Positions 24,452-36,705 of a stretch of 64,000 bases of DNA are shown here, in pieces. Below the pieces are notes generated by a model that had not been told where the DNA came from, made no database searches, and saw only the letters and a list, made by a program, of their open reading frames with translations. This DNA comes from Trichosphaerium sp. ATCC 40318. Its lineage: Eukaryota > Protista > Tubulinea. The stretch covers positions 372,001-436,000 of the forward strand of contig JALMLS010000322.1 in assembly GCA_038496445.1 (NCBI GenBank), given 5' to 3'. Numbering within the stretch: the stretch's first letter is position 1; each line of letters begins with the position of its first letter. The translations under genes and the position numbers were made by a program.

Positions 24452-26545
24452 ATGAAAACAGCTCGTAAACTAAATTTGTTCAAATTAAAAAGGTATGCTG
24501 TTCTACACGCAAGGCATTAAACCCTTACGCCATCACGTGCTTTTAACGCGTTTTGTATCCATTTTTGAATTGAAGTGTTTGTCGTAAACACATGTGGACA
24601 CGTCCTATTTTACTTCGAACGCACTCACGTCCATGATTATAACGTATTCACCAGTTCTAACAGCAGTATTAGCAATGTGAAAACGGGAAGTACCAAAAAC
24701 CCTCCAACAACACACAGCGATTCTGAGCGGCGCCGGAGCAACACTATAGCTGCATCCCCTTCCCATAGAAGCAATTTTGAGGCTATTAAAAACAAATTTA
24801 ATAATACACCCTCAAAGACATCTTCCAATACACCCAGGCAGCGAAGTAGTACTGTAGCTGAAACAATGAAATTGTTTGAACAAACTCCACAAAAGAAAAA
24901 CACTTCCGTCAACAGAACTAGACCAAAGAAAGCACCTAAGGCTCCTCCTGTACGAAACAGATACGTACCGAGTGTAAAACCTTCAAAGAAGAAACCTACG
25001 TACCGATCTACACCACGTGGTGGGCGTTCTGTTGCAAACAGAATGCAACTTTTCGAAAACAAACAAAAACAAGCTACAGGCCCTAAAATAAAACCAAGCT
25101 CAGTTTCAATACCGAAAGCATTCACACCAAACAAAACAGAAGAAAAACGTTCAGATAAAATAACAACACGTGATTCTTCAAACGAACAAGTGAAGCAAAC
25201 ATCGAATATAGTAAGAAAAGTAAGCTCTGTATTCAGAAAGTTATCAGTATCTACAGCACCAAGACCAGCGCCTAAAGTTGAACAAAGAGATCTAGCTATC
25301 AGTGCTCCTTTTGAAGTCTCAACTCCAGAAACACTAGCACCAACACGTTCTATATCTAATGGGGCAAGAGAACTTCGAAGATCAAGGTAAGTCAACCTAT
25401 CATAGCCGCTTTTATCTGTTGTTAAGGATTTTCCTAACATGTACAAGGTCTTTTGGCAACATTCATAAGCCTAAACCATCTACAGAAGCGCTCTCAAAAG
25501 AAAGATTAAGCAACACACAGTCCCCAAAAGATGTAAGCAAAAGCTCAAGTGTTCTATCTTAACGTTGTCTAGAATACCAATAATAGACAGAGATCCAACT
25601 CACAGTCTCAGCTGTTACTTGGAAGGAACTGTTTACCTATTTCTTCTTCCCAGAACGAAGATATTCTAGATCCTTCATCTGGTTCCGACGAAAGTGAAAC
25701 AATGGAAAACAGGAATAATACACAACGACTAAAGGCGCCTAGCGGACACGCTAGAACACCACGAAGGTTGCCCCCTACACCAACGAGAAAGGCACCAAAG
25801 GCGTTGCCCAAGAACCCCCGACCTTTGCCAACAACCCCGAAAATGCCTTTATCTTCATCACCACGAGTAAGCTCAGACTCTATTTTTCCAAGGTTCTAAT
25901 CCTCTGATATAGAAAACCCAGCAATCCAAGACTCCGACCCTACCAAAAAACAAGGTAGATCAACCGTCATCTGGAGATACAAGAAACAATAGAGTGACTT
26001 TCTATACTATGGTTTCTAAGCATACATGTGATGATATCAATGCACCTTATAAAGCAATGGTTATTGGTTCTACAAAGCGTCAAGAGCACTTGACAGTAAG
26101 CGCTACTCACTTTCTAATTATATTATGTACTGAGGGTTTTTTGTAGGGTAAGAAACACGTTGTTATGTACGAAGTGGGTGTTAGTAAAGGCAGTAAAAGT
26201 TGGACTATTTTTAGAAGACATAAGCAATTTCAAACTCTTGATGGACGTCTTAAAAGAAAAGGTATTGGAATGAATACTTGAGTCACTTGTACTTACATAA
26301 CGTTATAATAGGTGTAATAAAAAAGAGTAGTTTCCAAATGAAGATGTTCAAAGCGACCGAGGCAGAAGTTGCTCTTCGAGAAAAATCACTAAACGATTAC
26401 CTTCAAGTATGTTGTTTTTTTGTTGCAGCATTCAACATCCTCACCTATCTGCTAGAATATTCTCGCAATGTCTCAAGTTCAAGAAAGCCACTACCTTCAA
26501 ACATGGATTGGACCTTTCCAACTCGGTGATATTAAACCGAAGTAA
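24452..26545 (+). CDS. PX-domain protein with a long basic/Pro-rich N-terminus (paralog 1)
   Basis: C-terminal VMYEVGV…WTIFRRHKQF..LD..L…REK.LN.YLQ…PFQLGDIK. N-terminal RKVSSVF and ISAPFEV motifs shared with paralog 2. Confidence 0.75.
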
Positions 26546-26803
26546 AATAAAAACATAACTGTACATGTAAATAACAAACATATGATAACAATCGTGCTTA
26601 TAAAAAAAAATTGAGATCTCGTTTTGTTATGCCCCAAATGTTCTTTTGTTAAAACGTGATTGGTTTGTACCAACTTACCTGGTAACCAAGAATCAGTGGT
26701 AATTGTACACTCATTTCTAAAGACATTATAAGTTGCAGTACTGTTTGACACGAAAGAAAAGTGGACCACAATAAACGAAATTGCATTTATTTGGTGAAGG
26801 CGA

Positions 26804-27944
26804 TTAGTTAACACGTCTTAGTATCCATCTTTGTCCACCACTATTTATATTTGTTCTTCTAAGACGAACGTTCTCGTTGTTACTGTTTCCTCCTTCAATA
26901 GCAAATCCAGTACCACGTTTTTCTAAAATCATGTGTCCACCAATGTTACTGTTCTTCACACGGAAATGTTGGTTGAAATTACGACTACCGCACACCTCTA
27001 ACTTGACGTTTTGACCATTTGATCCTCCATTACCGGCATCAATACACTTGTTGGTGCCAACCTTTTTAAAAGAAGCGTAGTTCTCAGGTCGGTTGAGACG
27101 GAGAAAATGTTGGTTTCTGTTGTTGCGATTAAAGGTGAAAAGCTTTACGTTGGCATTATTGTTTCCGCCGTCCATAGCGAATCCTTGAGCGTTTCCTTTA
27201 ACAAGAATGACTGTGATAGGTGTCGGTGGAGGTGGAGGAGGTGGTGGTAGAGCAGGAGCGCCGTTCGTAGGTCTAGAAAGGGCTGGACCAGTAAAGAAAA
27301 ATGGTGATCCATCTTCATCGTGTCTGTATCTGTTTCTGTCCGTTGGCAAGTGTCCAGGGATGTTTAACCTCGGTTGAAAATTCACAGTGCCTCTTCTACC
27401 TCCAGTGATTCGAACATCGGCGCAATTGTTGTAGAATTGAATAGCCCCTGGGTTCTGAACCCCAAACCTTAAGAAAGTCAACAAAAACACGTGCTATACT
27501 TTTTGATTAAAAAGCGTACCATTCCCATCTGAAAACAGCTCTATTGCTGTTTGGTAACCATTCAGGGACTCTAAATGGGAACCTACTGTATAGATTACAG
27601 TCGCGGATATTGAGAACTTTGGCCCATGTTCGCTCGTTGTCAAAGGAAAAGTACAAGTGGCATTCTCCGTTGTGAGGTGCAGCAAGGTTCCATTCAAGAG
27701 TGTAAGTCTGACCGGCTCTCCAAACAGCAGTTGTAGATCCTTGGTATCCGATATTTCTACAGCGATACTCTGAAGTGAATCGGTTTCCCGTGTTTCGTAG
27801 CTCAAGAGGCTTGTTCATTTGAGAGTTGCTTCGTCCTGCTTGCATATCACGTGTTCTTGGTACAGAAAGGTGACCGTGACCTGTAACTTGTAACAAACAA
27901 GCACAAAGAGTAATTAAGAAGAGTAACCACGTAATGTCGCTCAT
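26804..27944 (-). CDS. Lytic polysaccharide monooxygenase-like protein (His-brace) + Pro linker + ricin-B/CBM13 lectin domain
   Basis: Signal peptide ends VTG, mature N-terminus HGHLSVPRTR. Second His in AAPHNG, then FRWEW|F and QFYNNCADV. Poly-Pro linker, then NQHF/CIDAG/GQRW ricin repeats. One intron. Confidence 0.85.
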
Positions 27945-29175
27945 GGTGTTGATGAGGAGCTGTGTTGTTGCTATAGTAACTTTGAAATTAATGAGGTATT
28001 TTTGGTGTTTTTTTTAAAATAGATTCACATGTGTAAAAGTACGATACTTTTTCTCTCAGTATAATCTACGTACGTTTATATGATCACGTGTAGATCAAAA
28101 GTAATCTGTTATAGCTTTCCTAGCGGGGAGTACGCAAAGTGCGCTAGTGTTTTATGAACAAAAAGTAAAGTACTAGCTAAGAAACCAAAATAATTTCTAT
28201 GGAACCAACAATATCGTAGTACCCTTGGTGATATGGAAAACTCGAGTTTTTTCCTATATTGTGAACTTAGGTAAAAAGATATTTACCGAGAAACTTCATA
28301 TCACGTGGTTCAAATAGTACAAGCACTTTACCATGATATAAATCTTTTCTCTGTAATCTTTGAAGAGAATCACATGTTTAAAAGCAACTTGATACAACAT
28401 TTCTGGTGTCGCAAAATAGTGTTGCTTGATCAGTGACACTACATGTAAAATAATGAGTGCGATTTTGTATGTTGTTTTTTTTTGGTTGGTACACGTATGA
28501 TAACGCATCGCTAGTACGAAAAAGTGTGAATTTCTCGGACGGTGCCTGTACAATTTTGGCTGAGACAAAGCTTTACACCCTATATTGTACCTTACATATG
28601 TAGTTTTTATGGCAATACACATTTGTGATATAATGTGCCCGTTTTTTGCCGGTAAGCATCTTTTACGGCATCAACAGAACGCACGCCCGGAAGTCCTGTG
28701 AAACTTATCACGTGATTTTTCTGTACGATAGCGCTCAGGCGGGCTAATATTTTGCCCTTAACAACACAGGTTGTGTTACTACCAGCGCGCTAGTTCGGAA
28801 TATTTAGCGAAGGTATCTATATGTAGAATAGACAACACATTAGGTTTTGGGCAACTTGCGAGTAACGTTTACTTGTACAAAAAAAAAGCATCAACAAACG
28901 GAGATTTCACGCAGCAGCACTCAACAAGGAGTATAAGTCAAGTGAAACACTCGACCCATTAATTTTCCCCGGTAACTACAATTTTCGGCAACTTTGAGCA
29001 ATATGGGCCTACAGTATGATACATGAATAAATTACAGTTGTTTTGTGAGCCATTATTTCACGCTAGTAGCCAACCAAGTCGATTTACTCACTTGCTTTGA
29101 CTTCATGTTTTTAGACATTGTAGCATTACCAAAGTAATACAAACGTGCGTACACAAGCGCAGGATACTTCAAAAG

Positions 29176-29456
29176 TCAACTCACTCTTTTACAACCGAGT
29201 AAAAGATCCTTCAAATAGCCAGCCAGGGTAAGTGATTGCAGCTCTCCAGGTTTACAAATGGATCTTAGTGCCGGAAGACATATGGTTTCGCTAATAGGAT
29301 AAAGAAAATCTACAAGGTCAAGCACGTGATAACCATGCGTGCTCAGATAAGAACATAGAAAGGCTTTTGCTGTAAATAAAAAATTTAACATACCTTTATC
29401 TATGCACTAGATTTTCAACCTGTTCTTAGAGATAAGTTGTAACAGTTGATCTCCAT
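29176..29456 (-). pseudogene. Possible LRR-like gene fragment
   Basis: Exon flanked by TTTACAG and GTGAGT encoding …LQSLTLAGYLKDLLLGCKR. I could not join downstream exons cleanly. Confidence 0.3.
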
Positions 29457-29507
29457 TCATAGTTTTGGTGGGTCGGTTGGCAGTGCCTCAATAAGTTACA
29501 ACACAAA

Positions 29508-29578
29508 GGGGATGTGGGGTAGTGGAAACCCGCCAGTCCCTCAAACTGGAGCCAGGGGTTAGATTCCCTTCTTCCTCA
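29508..29578 (+). tRNA. Atypical tRNA-like gene, anticodon CTC (Glu), possibly a pseudo-tRNA
   Basis: Cloverleaf: GGGGATG/CTTCCTC acceptor (one T-T mismatch), GGGT/ACCC D-stem, CCAGT/ACTGG anticodon stem with loop CCCTCAA, AGGGG/CCCTT T-stem with loop TTAGATT. T6 run at 29586-29591. Confidence 0.7.
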
Positions 29579-29740
29579 TCAATTGTTTTTTGGTTTGACA
29601 AATGACAGTAGCGTTAACTTTAAGCGCTTGACATTAACGGGTTTTAAAATATAAGTGATATTAACTAAACCTAACCTATGAACCTCAAACAAAAGAACAA
29701 AGCAAACTATATTTTGTGCAACGAGATGATTTTGTTTTAT

Positions 29741-31947
29741 TTACTTATTCTTCTTTGACTTGGACTTTTTATCTTTCTTACTTTTTTTATCCTTTTTTTC
29801 CTTTTTGCCCTTCTTCGCTTTCTTTTCTTTTCCAGGAGCAGGAGTAGGAGCAGGTTTATCAACATTAGCTGTTGGTTGAGTACGTGTAGGTGTTACTTCA
29901 GGCTTTGATTTGCCTTCAAGAGTCTCAACGGCAGTGGTTGTTTTCTGCTTTTTGTTCTCTTCTGCTCTCTTTTCAGCTCTGTATGCCTTAGACCTATCCT
30001 TTCTCCTCTGTTCATCCTCTCCTAAGCGTCTTTTTCTATCTACAACGCCTTTGATAAAAGGTGTAAAGTAGTAAAACTCCTCGATTTTTTCACGTCTATA
30101 CATCTCATCAACCTTTTTCAGTATGCTCTCCCTTGTATCTTCAATTGTAACTTCAGGTATCTCCGTAAACTTATCAAGCGCTTTGGCATTAAACTGATGG
30201 ACATACGTTTCCCTGTCAATCTGTGTATAAGAAAGAGTAGCTTCTCGCCCGATATGCTCATCCTTAAATTTGCTGGTATCACGTATCCACAAGTCATGAA
30301 AACGTTGTCTCATTTCTGCAGTGTTCTCCAAGTCTTTACGTCTCTGTGAACACTCATAAGGTTTACCCGCTTTAACAGCTTCCATAGTAGGATCAGAAGT
30401 GTCTGGAGAGTTGCTAGACACTCTATCAGCGAAGCCAGCTTCCTTCAAAGCTTCGATTGCTGCTTTTTCAAGAACACCATATGTAACGTCTCCTTCGACT
30501 TCACGCAATGCCCTCATCATTGATGAGTGCGCTTTTGCTTTATCCGAGCCTGTGAAGTTGTATAGCTTCATCAAGTCGTTGGCTACGATAAGCCTCTTGA
30601 AAGAAGGCTTCTTATTCGCAGTCTCAGCGTCTTTTGGGTGAACTGTGTTACCTTCTAGTAGAGCACGTTTTGCTGTAAGGTAATTAATCATGTTCTCTTT
30701 TTCTTCTTTGCAAAGGCGATGGTAGAATGTTGATTCAACGAGTATTTGTGTTCGTCTTAACACAGCTGCTTTACTTTTGATTGCGTGCTTAATAGGTACT
30801 AGAAGTTTATCATGTTGTTCTGTGAATGGATCTAGATGATTGCATTCTCGCATGTTTGTATTCCATCCTGCGTAGAAGTAGTGCGTTGAAATACTCCCGT
30901 CACAACTCTTGGTGTTGACATGACCTGATAATAGCCTAAGAGAAGAAAGTTAACATTAAAACTGTTTGGTTTTTGGATTTTTGTACCTTACTACGTTATT
31001 GTGCTTATCTCTTCTGGCCTTGACAATTTGGCCTTCTTGAATATCAGGATTATCTTTTCGGTAGTCTAAGTGTAGTCCTTTACGATTATTATGCAATGAC
31101 ATTTGAAATGATCTCCAAAACTGCTCGTTCATTAAATGTCGTGGATAAAATCCATAAATTGAGTTGTTCGCTTCATAGTCATCTGACACAAAATCATCCC
31201 AATTTCGAGCTGGATCGCGTCTAAAGATCTCCTTGTTGCGTAACTGTAGCAAGACCCGTAACTTGTTTTGAGTGTCATAGAATCTGAGAACTCGCCCACT
31301 TTTAGAGACATAAAATCCTTTATGTTCTATGCCTTCTGGATTATAGGAATCTGTCTCAAGTCGCTCCTCATGAACATGACATGGTACCCACGACTTATTA
31401 GCATGAAACGCATTCTTCCATTTTACTTTCCAGTCTCTATATCTACAGGAAGCTACACAAAAGTAAGTCGAGTAAAAACGAAAAAACAAAAAGAAGAAAA
31501 ACTAGTCAAGAAAAGTAACAAAATAAGGAATTTCTGAAAATTGCGATAATTTTGTTTCTCGAGAATAAAATCAGCTGTTCGTTTTTCCGTACTCCGAGGT
31601 GCTTGGAGCCCTTTTGTTGCATCAATACCACATTGTTTTCCATTGAGCAAAACGATATTTTCGATAATTTCGACTTTCGTTGGTCCTATACTTGTAACAA
31701 TCTTATCTTCGCGCTTTACTCGGTGTACGTAGTCTGTACTGTCTTCTGATATTTTGGGATTAACCAAAAACTCCAAACCAAACGTTGAGAGATTGCAGTG
31801 ATAGCCGCCATAAAAATTAGGGTAGTGGTTCCTACGATCTGGCTCATAATCAAAACCAGCGTAACCATAAATGAACTCTAATACTCTACTCCACTGGTAT
31901 GGCGTTAGGCGGTCATCCATGCCGCGTTGTACAAGAGGTCTAGCCAT
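29741..31947 (-). CDS. Hypothetical protein (about 690 aa, 3 exons) with a Lys-rich C-terminal tail
   Basis: ORFs 31453, 30956 and 29741. The second junction is in frame (…HNNVVR|LLSGHVN…). No family recognised. Confidence 0.75.
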
Positions 31948-32277
31948 TGGTAGTGAGAGAAGTGGTTATGATGAGTTTAGCGATGTTTAATTAAGTGGTG
32001 TGTCAGCGTATTCTGTTGAAATACGCGTGAAGTCCTAGTTTTCCCTGAATTACGCCTCGTGATTAATAATGTTCACGTAGTTGTTTTCACCAGCGTCTAG
32101 ACAGACTTTGTGCGATTTACCGAGTGTTTTAATTCCACAGAAGTCAAATAAAGCTGAAAAGTGAAAAAAACTGAAAAAGGCGAATTATTTTCTTGAACAG
32201 CCCTTTGTTTCACAACGCTGCGGTCACTAATACAGCGACACGCTATATATACACGCATAACAGCGAGTATATCAAAA

Positions 32278-33479
32278 ATGAGCGCTTCTACGCAAGTAAC
32301 AGAGCGTAACTCCTTACTCCTTGAAGCAGATGAAAAGCCCATAGTACGGCATTTTACACCAAGAAAACGCGTCTTACGTCGTGTAACAGATAGTTTTTGA
32401 TTTACACCATGTGTTGGTCAAACCGATGTACTGGTACGCAACCACATAGCGCCATTGCGTATAAACGCTAACTGTTAGTAGGGAGATGGCCAAAGTCTTT
32501 TGGAATGATCCCCATTTTATTTCTAATACGTGCTTCATGCTATGCAACTGGTGTTGGTTGTATACATTCATTACAAAGCTAATACAAAAAAAACACATCG
32601 AACAAGTACGTTAACGTTGTCAACGCCATAACGTGGCGTCATCTTTTGTTTTTACACTAACACAAACAAGGTAGTTCTTGAATACGGTCAGACATACGCT
32701 CCAAGCAATAGAATACTCTACAACGCGGTTATTGTACGTAATACAGCGTAATAAGTGTCAAGACGTTAAAACAAAAAGGAAAAAGATCTTTTAGCTAAAC
32801 ACTCGTTTTCTTCAATGGTTACGCGCTTACTCCTTCAAAGGAAATGGCCAACAGTCAAAGAATTAATAACGGAATATTCACGATTATACGCGATTTAAAA
32901 GACAAAGACTATAAGATCTATATCCTATCAAACATATCTGGTCGATTTATGGACCACCTAAAAGCAAAATGCCCAGCAGTACGTAGAGTAAAAACAAAAT
33001 GAATTTTTTTCTTTTTTTTGCGTTTGCCTCAACGCTACGCACAGCGTATCAAATTTTAGAGTTTGTGGCTTAAAGACTTATCATACATGAGTATATTTTG
33101 TATGCTTTGGCGTAAACTAGTTTGTACACGTGGTGTAGTGTTATAAAACGTTTTTCGCTTTTTTTTTTGGTATTGTCTAGTTTTTTGGTTTTATTTTGTA
33201 TGTGCGCCAAAGGCTAATGTACTTGCTTTTTAGGAGTTTAATATGTTTGATGGCATTCATACAAGCACTTCTAATGGTTTACATTATACATTAAAACCAA
33301 ATCATGCTGTATTTCAGAGCTTTGAAGATACCTTCAATGTTAATGATTCACCTGTAATTTTTATAGATGACAAGGTAAAAAATGTCAATGGCGCAAGATC
33401 CTTTGGTTGGCGTGCTATTCGGTATCAAACACCTACACAACTTGCTTATGATCTTGGTACTATGAAAGTACCTAGTTAG
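32278..33479 (+). CDS. HAD-superfamily hydrolase
   Basis: Motif I IVFDLHHVL, motif II YILSN, motif III LKP, motif IV IFIDDKVKNVNGA..FGW, spread across exons. Confidence 0.8.
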
Positions 33480-33775
33480 AACTCATAAGATGTTAAATCA
33501 ATCAAACAACAATTCCTGTACAATAAAAAAGAAAAAAAAACGTTTTGTGTCAAATTATTTATTTCCGTTTCTCGCTACTGCATTAATCACAGACTACATC
33601 TTGAACAGTTACGATTGCAAGTGTTCTTACTAAATATAATAGAATATCACTATAGCAATGGGAAGTAAGGAAATTGACATAAGCATGACACAGCGAAAGC
33701 ATCCCTTTTTTTTTTTTTTTTGGAAAGGGAATGTTAAAATCACGTGGCCGAAGGTTTTATCTATTTGTTTGCACG

Positions 33776-34144
33776 TTACACCATTTCGACAACGTCAACA
33801 TCACTTTCGTGCTCGTGAACACTACCTGTTGGTAAAATACGCATTGGTCCTTCAACAACCTGGCAACACCCTCCAATAATGAATATATAACATGGCAAGC
33901 ATAGCAGGCAACAAAAGACGTGCACTAAACTATAATTAAGCGAAAATGCGCCAAGGACGTTGTACAACGTACCTAACCAATGCATACAACTCCTAACGTA
34001 GTATCGCGGGCTTCTTTCTCCAAAATGCTGCCTTGCGTCTTGCATAGCAGATTTATCTGCATAATGCCAGTTTACAGCATCATTCGGTGCTCCACAGATA
34101 AAAGAGAACCGTACACCCATTATACAGACTGCTTTTAATGACAA
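33776..34144 (-). CDS. Small Cys-rich membrane-associated hypothetical protein (boundaries uncertain)
   Basis: Hydrophobic Cys cluster FCCLLCLPCYIFIIGGCC. Confidence 0.3.
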   Translation of the reverse strand: MSLKAVCIMGVRFSFICGAPNDAVNWHYADKSAMQDARQHFGERSPRYYVRSCMHWLGTLYNVLGAFSLNYSLVHVFCCLLCLPCYIFIIGGCCQVVEGPMRILPTGSVHEHESDVDVVEMV

Positions 34145-34328
34145 AAAGTTGCAATCGTGAGTGTGACGTTTCCTTTATTTGAAAAGCGGCTGTTAAGACA
34201 CGAGTTGAACTTGTGGATGCGATATTAAGCGACGCTTTTAGCTACGGCAATACTAAACATATTTAGAAGGCGCACAAGTTTCAATGAATTGAGCTTGACC
34301 GCTTGTTTTATTTTTGATTTGAACCAAG

Positions 34329-35806
34329 TCACGAAGACCAGTTAATTTCGCCTTTTTCTGTCTTTGTATTCCAAGTTACAGATGTTCCTGAAGTAAATTT
34401 ACGGGTGTAAACATCTCCTTCGACTGTAGCAGGTCCTAATGGGTTTCCAAGAGGCTTATCAAATTGAGGATCCCAGCCGTTACATCCTAGAATACATCCT
34501 TCTTCTACTGCCAACAAGAACATAATGATATGTCGTTGACTACAAATTGAGCCTGGTGGGTCATTTGTTTTATGGTCTTCGATCTATGTAGATTTTTTGT
34601 AAGTACTTTTTGCTCCAAGAAACAGAATCACGTGATAAATTAAAACTCAATGATAACAAAATTTCAAAAAAAAACCGTTGAGACAGAAAGTTCGCGTACC
34701 GTAAAGTAAACATACGTGGCCCCTGTTCCGAAAGCTGTTTTAACACTTTCGATATATGCTGATGGCGAAGACTTGAGCATACGGACAGTTCGCGTTGTAT
34801 TGAAGAAAACAACACCATTCTTTCCGAATAATTTATAAATACCATCCATCAAAAGATCTTTTCCTTCGTTATACGCCTTAGCGTCAGCTTCTGATATTAT
34901 TCCACAAGATAAATCCCATGTTTTTCCATTGTTATTTTCGCATAGTTGCCTGAAAACAAATCCGTTAGCAGTTGTATAAAGCAAGTTAAAATAGCAAGAT
35001 AAAGAACAAAAAAGCAAAGTTAAACACTTGGTTGGATTGTAGCGCTAGTCTTTTTCTCTCCAATGAGCGATCATGTCTAGCCTTATAAACCAAAGGAAAT
35101 ACGTTAATGGTCTCACAGATAAAATCACTGTGCACTAAAGAAAAGGCAAAGGAAAAAGCTTACAAAGAAAGGTCGAAAGAAAAAGCTGTTGTTTTATTTT
35201 AACTTCCACGTACCAAAACTCTGAGGATTTGTTATAGAATGCTCTTATATAACTCTTATCTGGGAAAACGCCATCTACTTTTTTATCCGCCAAAAACTTT
35301 AACCATAAATCACGTGTTTTTTCCTTTCCTTGATCAAAAGTGTTTATATGAGGCATACCATTATCATTCTTTATAGCCATCAGTTTACCATTAGTCATGA
35401 CAACATCAGCACCTATATCTAATGCTTTTTGATGTAAACTAATGAATCCAAAGTCGTACAGCGTGTTTAAGTAGAAAACAACGGATAGTTTTGGGTTAAT
35501 TGCCCGTGCTCCGTTTATAGTCTTTTCTTGATATAAATCAGCGCCACAAGATGCTTGGCATGGTATTGGTGGGTCCTGTGTCGAGTTTGCCATGCATTCA
35601 TCCCAACATGGACCTTCCCACTTTTCTATTACTATCACTCGCATTTTTGAAAGCATGTGAAGGCTTTCGTCTGATCTATGGCTTACGTTCTTACCACCGA
35701 AGTAACCGACAGGCATAGTTGATAAAGATAGATCCGGTGGGCCGCATATCACGTGAAGAGTAAGGAAAGCGAAAAGTACAACGGTAATAGGCACAATTTG
35801 TGACAT
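34329..35806 (-). CDS. Secreted putative glycoside hydrolase, GHL15 (PF14885)/GH168-like
   Basis: Signal peptide. SLSTMPVGYF, IVIEK, VVFYLN and VDGVFPD motifs, and C-terminal FLLAVEEG…W…FDKPLGNPLGPA…YTRKF…V…G.I.W as I recall for this family. Confidence 0.65.
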
Positions 35807-36705
35807 CCAAGTTTTTGCTAATACAAGAGTGTTGGTATTTGGCTGTCAAGTTCGTTGGATAACCAATGGCTTAGTGGATAGTCTTTGAAAATATACGTTT
35901 GTAGCTTGTGTCGCATAATGGGATTGATAGATTTAAAGTTAAAGAGTGAGAGACGGTTGCACTTGAGACTCTTAACAAAAGTAGTGAGTGCACCAGTATT
36001 GATAAAAACTTAACTCTTTTTTTTTTGCCGTTCTCAAAAATATACTACAGTTGCTCTTAGATTCTCGTTAACAAACCAGCAAATGATGATACCGTTACAT
36101 TTAAACGCGCCAGTTGAGTACGTTGTTTGAGAACACAAAGGGTGACGCCATAGTACGCGTATATTCTTCAATTGCCTTTTGGCATATCTGGCGTTGTTGG
36201 CCACGTGAGGACGTTTGAGTTTTAATAGTCCATCACCGATTGGATTCACAAATTTTCCAGCGCAAGAAACCTTAATGTTCACAAGTGCGGGCAGCGGAAA
36301 AATAGATGTGAAACGTTTCTTAGATTTGTTTTTATACCAAAATGCACGTTATGTTGCAAACTTTTTGGACAGCTTGCTGTAACGTGTTACTAGCGCTAGT
36401 TGTAGCGAACTTTTTAAAACATACATACTGGATAGACTTGCGCTAGCCACAAAGTTACACATCATCTCAAATGAGACTGTATCTGACAATCGTTGTAAGT
36501 ATGCTTTGAACTCTTTGCTCACTATTTGTTGGATTTACAACTAACGCAAAGAACTTTATTGGTATTTGTGGAAACCCCTTTATTTGAGCAGTTTTGTATC
36601 CCTGCTGTTTATTTTTTGTTATGTACAAAGTGGGATTTTAATTTACAAAGTTAAAATTGTCAGTCAAACAGTTTGTTACAAATACAATAAAAAGAAACGA
36701 ATAAG

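Noticed and set aside
24637-25446. Long antisense ORFs (also 45194-45661, 45771-46187, 38307-38711)
   Set aside because: Shadows of low-complexity Ser/Pro/Lys/Arg coding sequence on the opposite strand.
29165-29370. Several hairpins suggesting RNase P/MRP, U1 or telomerase RNA
   Set aside because: No conserved motifs or template found, and the minus strand reads as a splice-bounded exon.
29538-29544. TCA in the anticodon loop suggesting a Sec or opal-suppressor tRNA
   Set aside because: The stem register puts CTC at 34-36, and there is no long variable arm.
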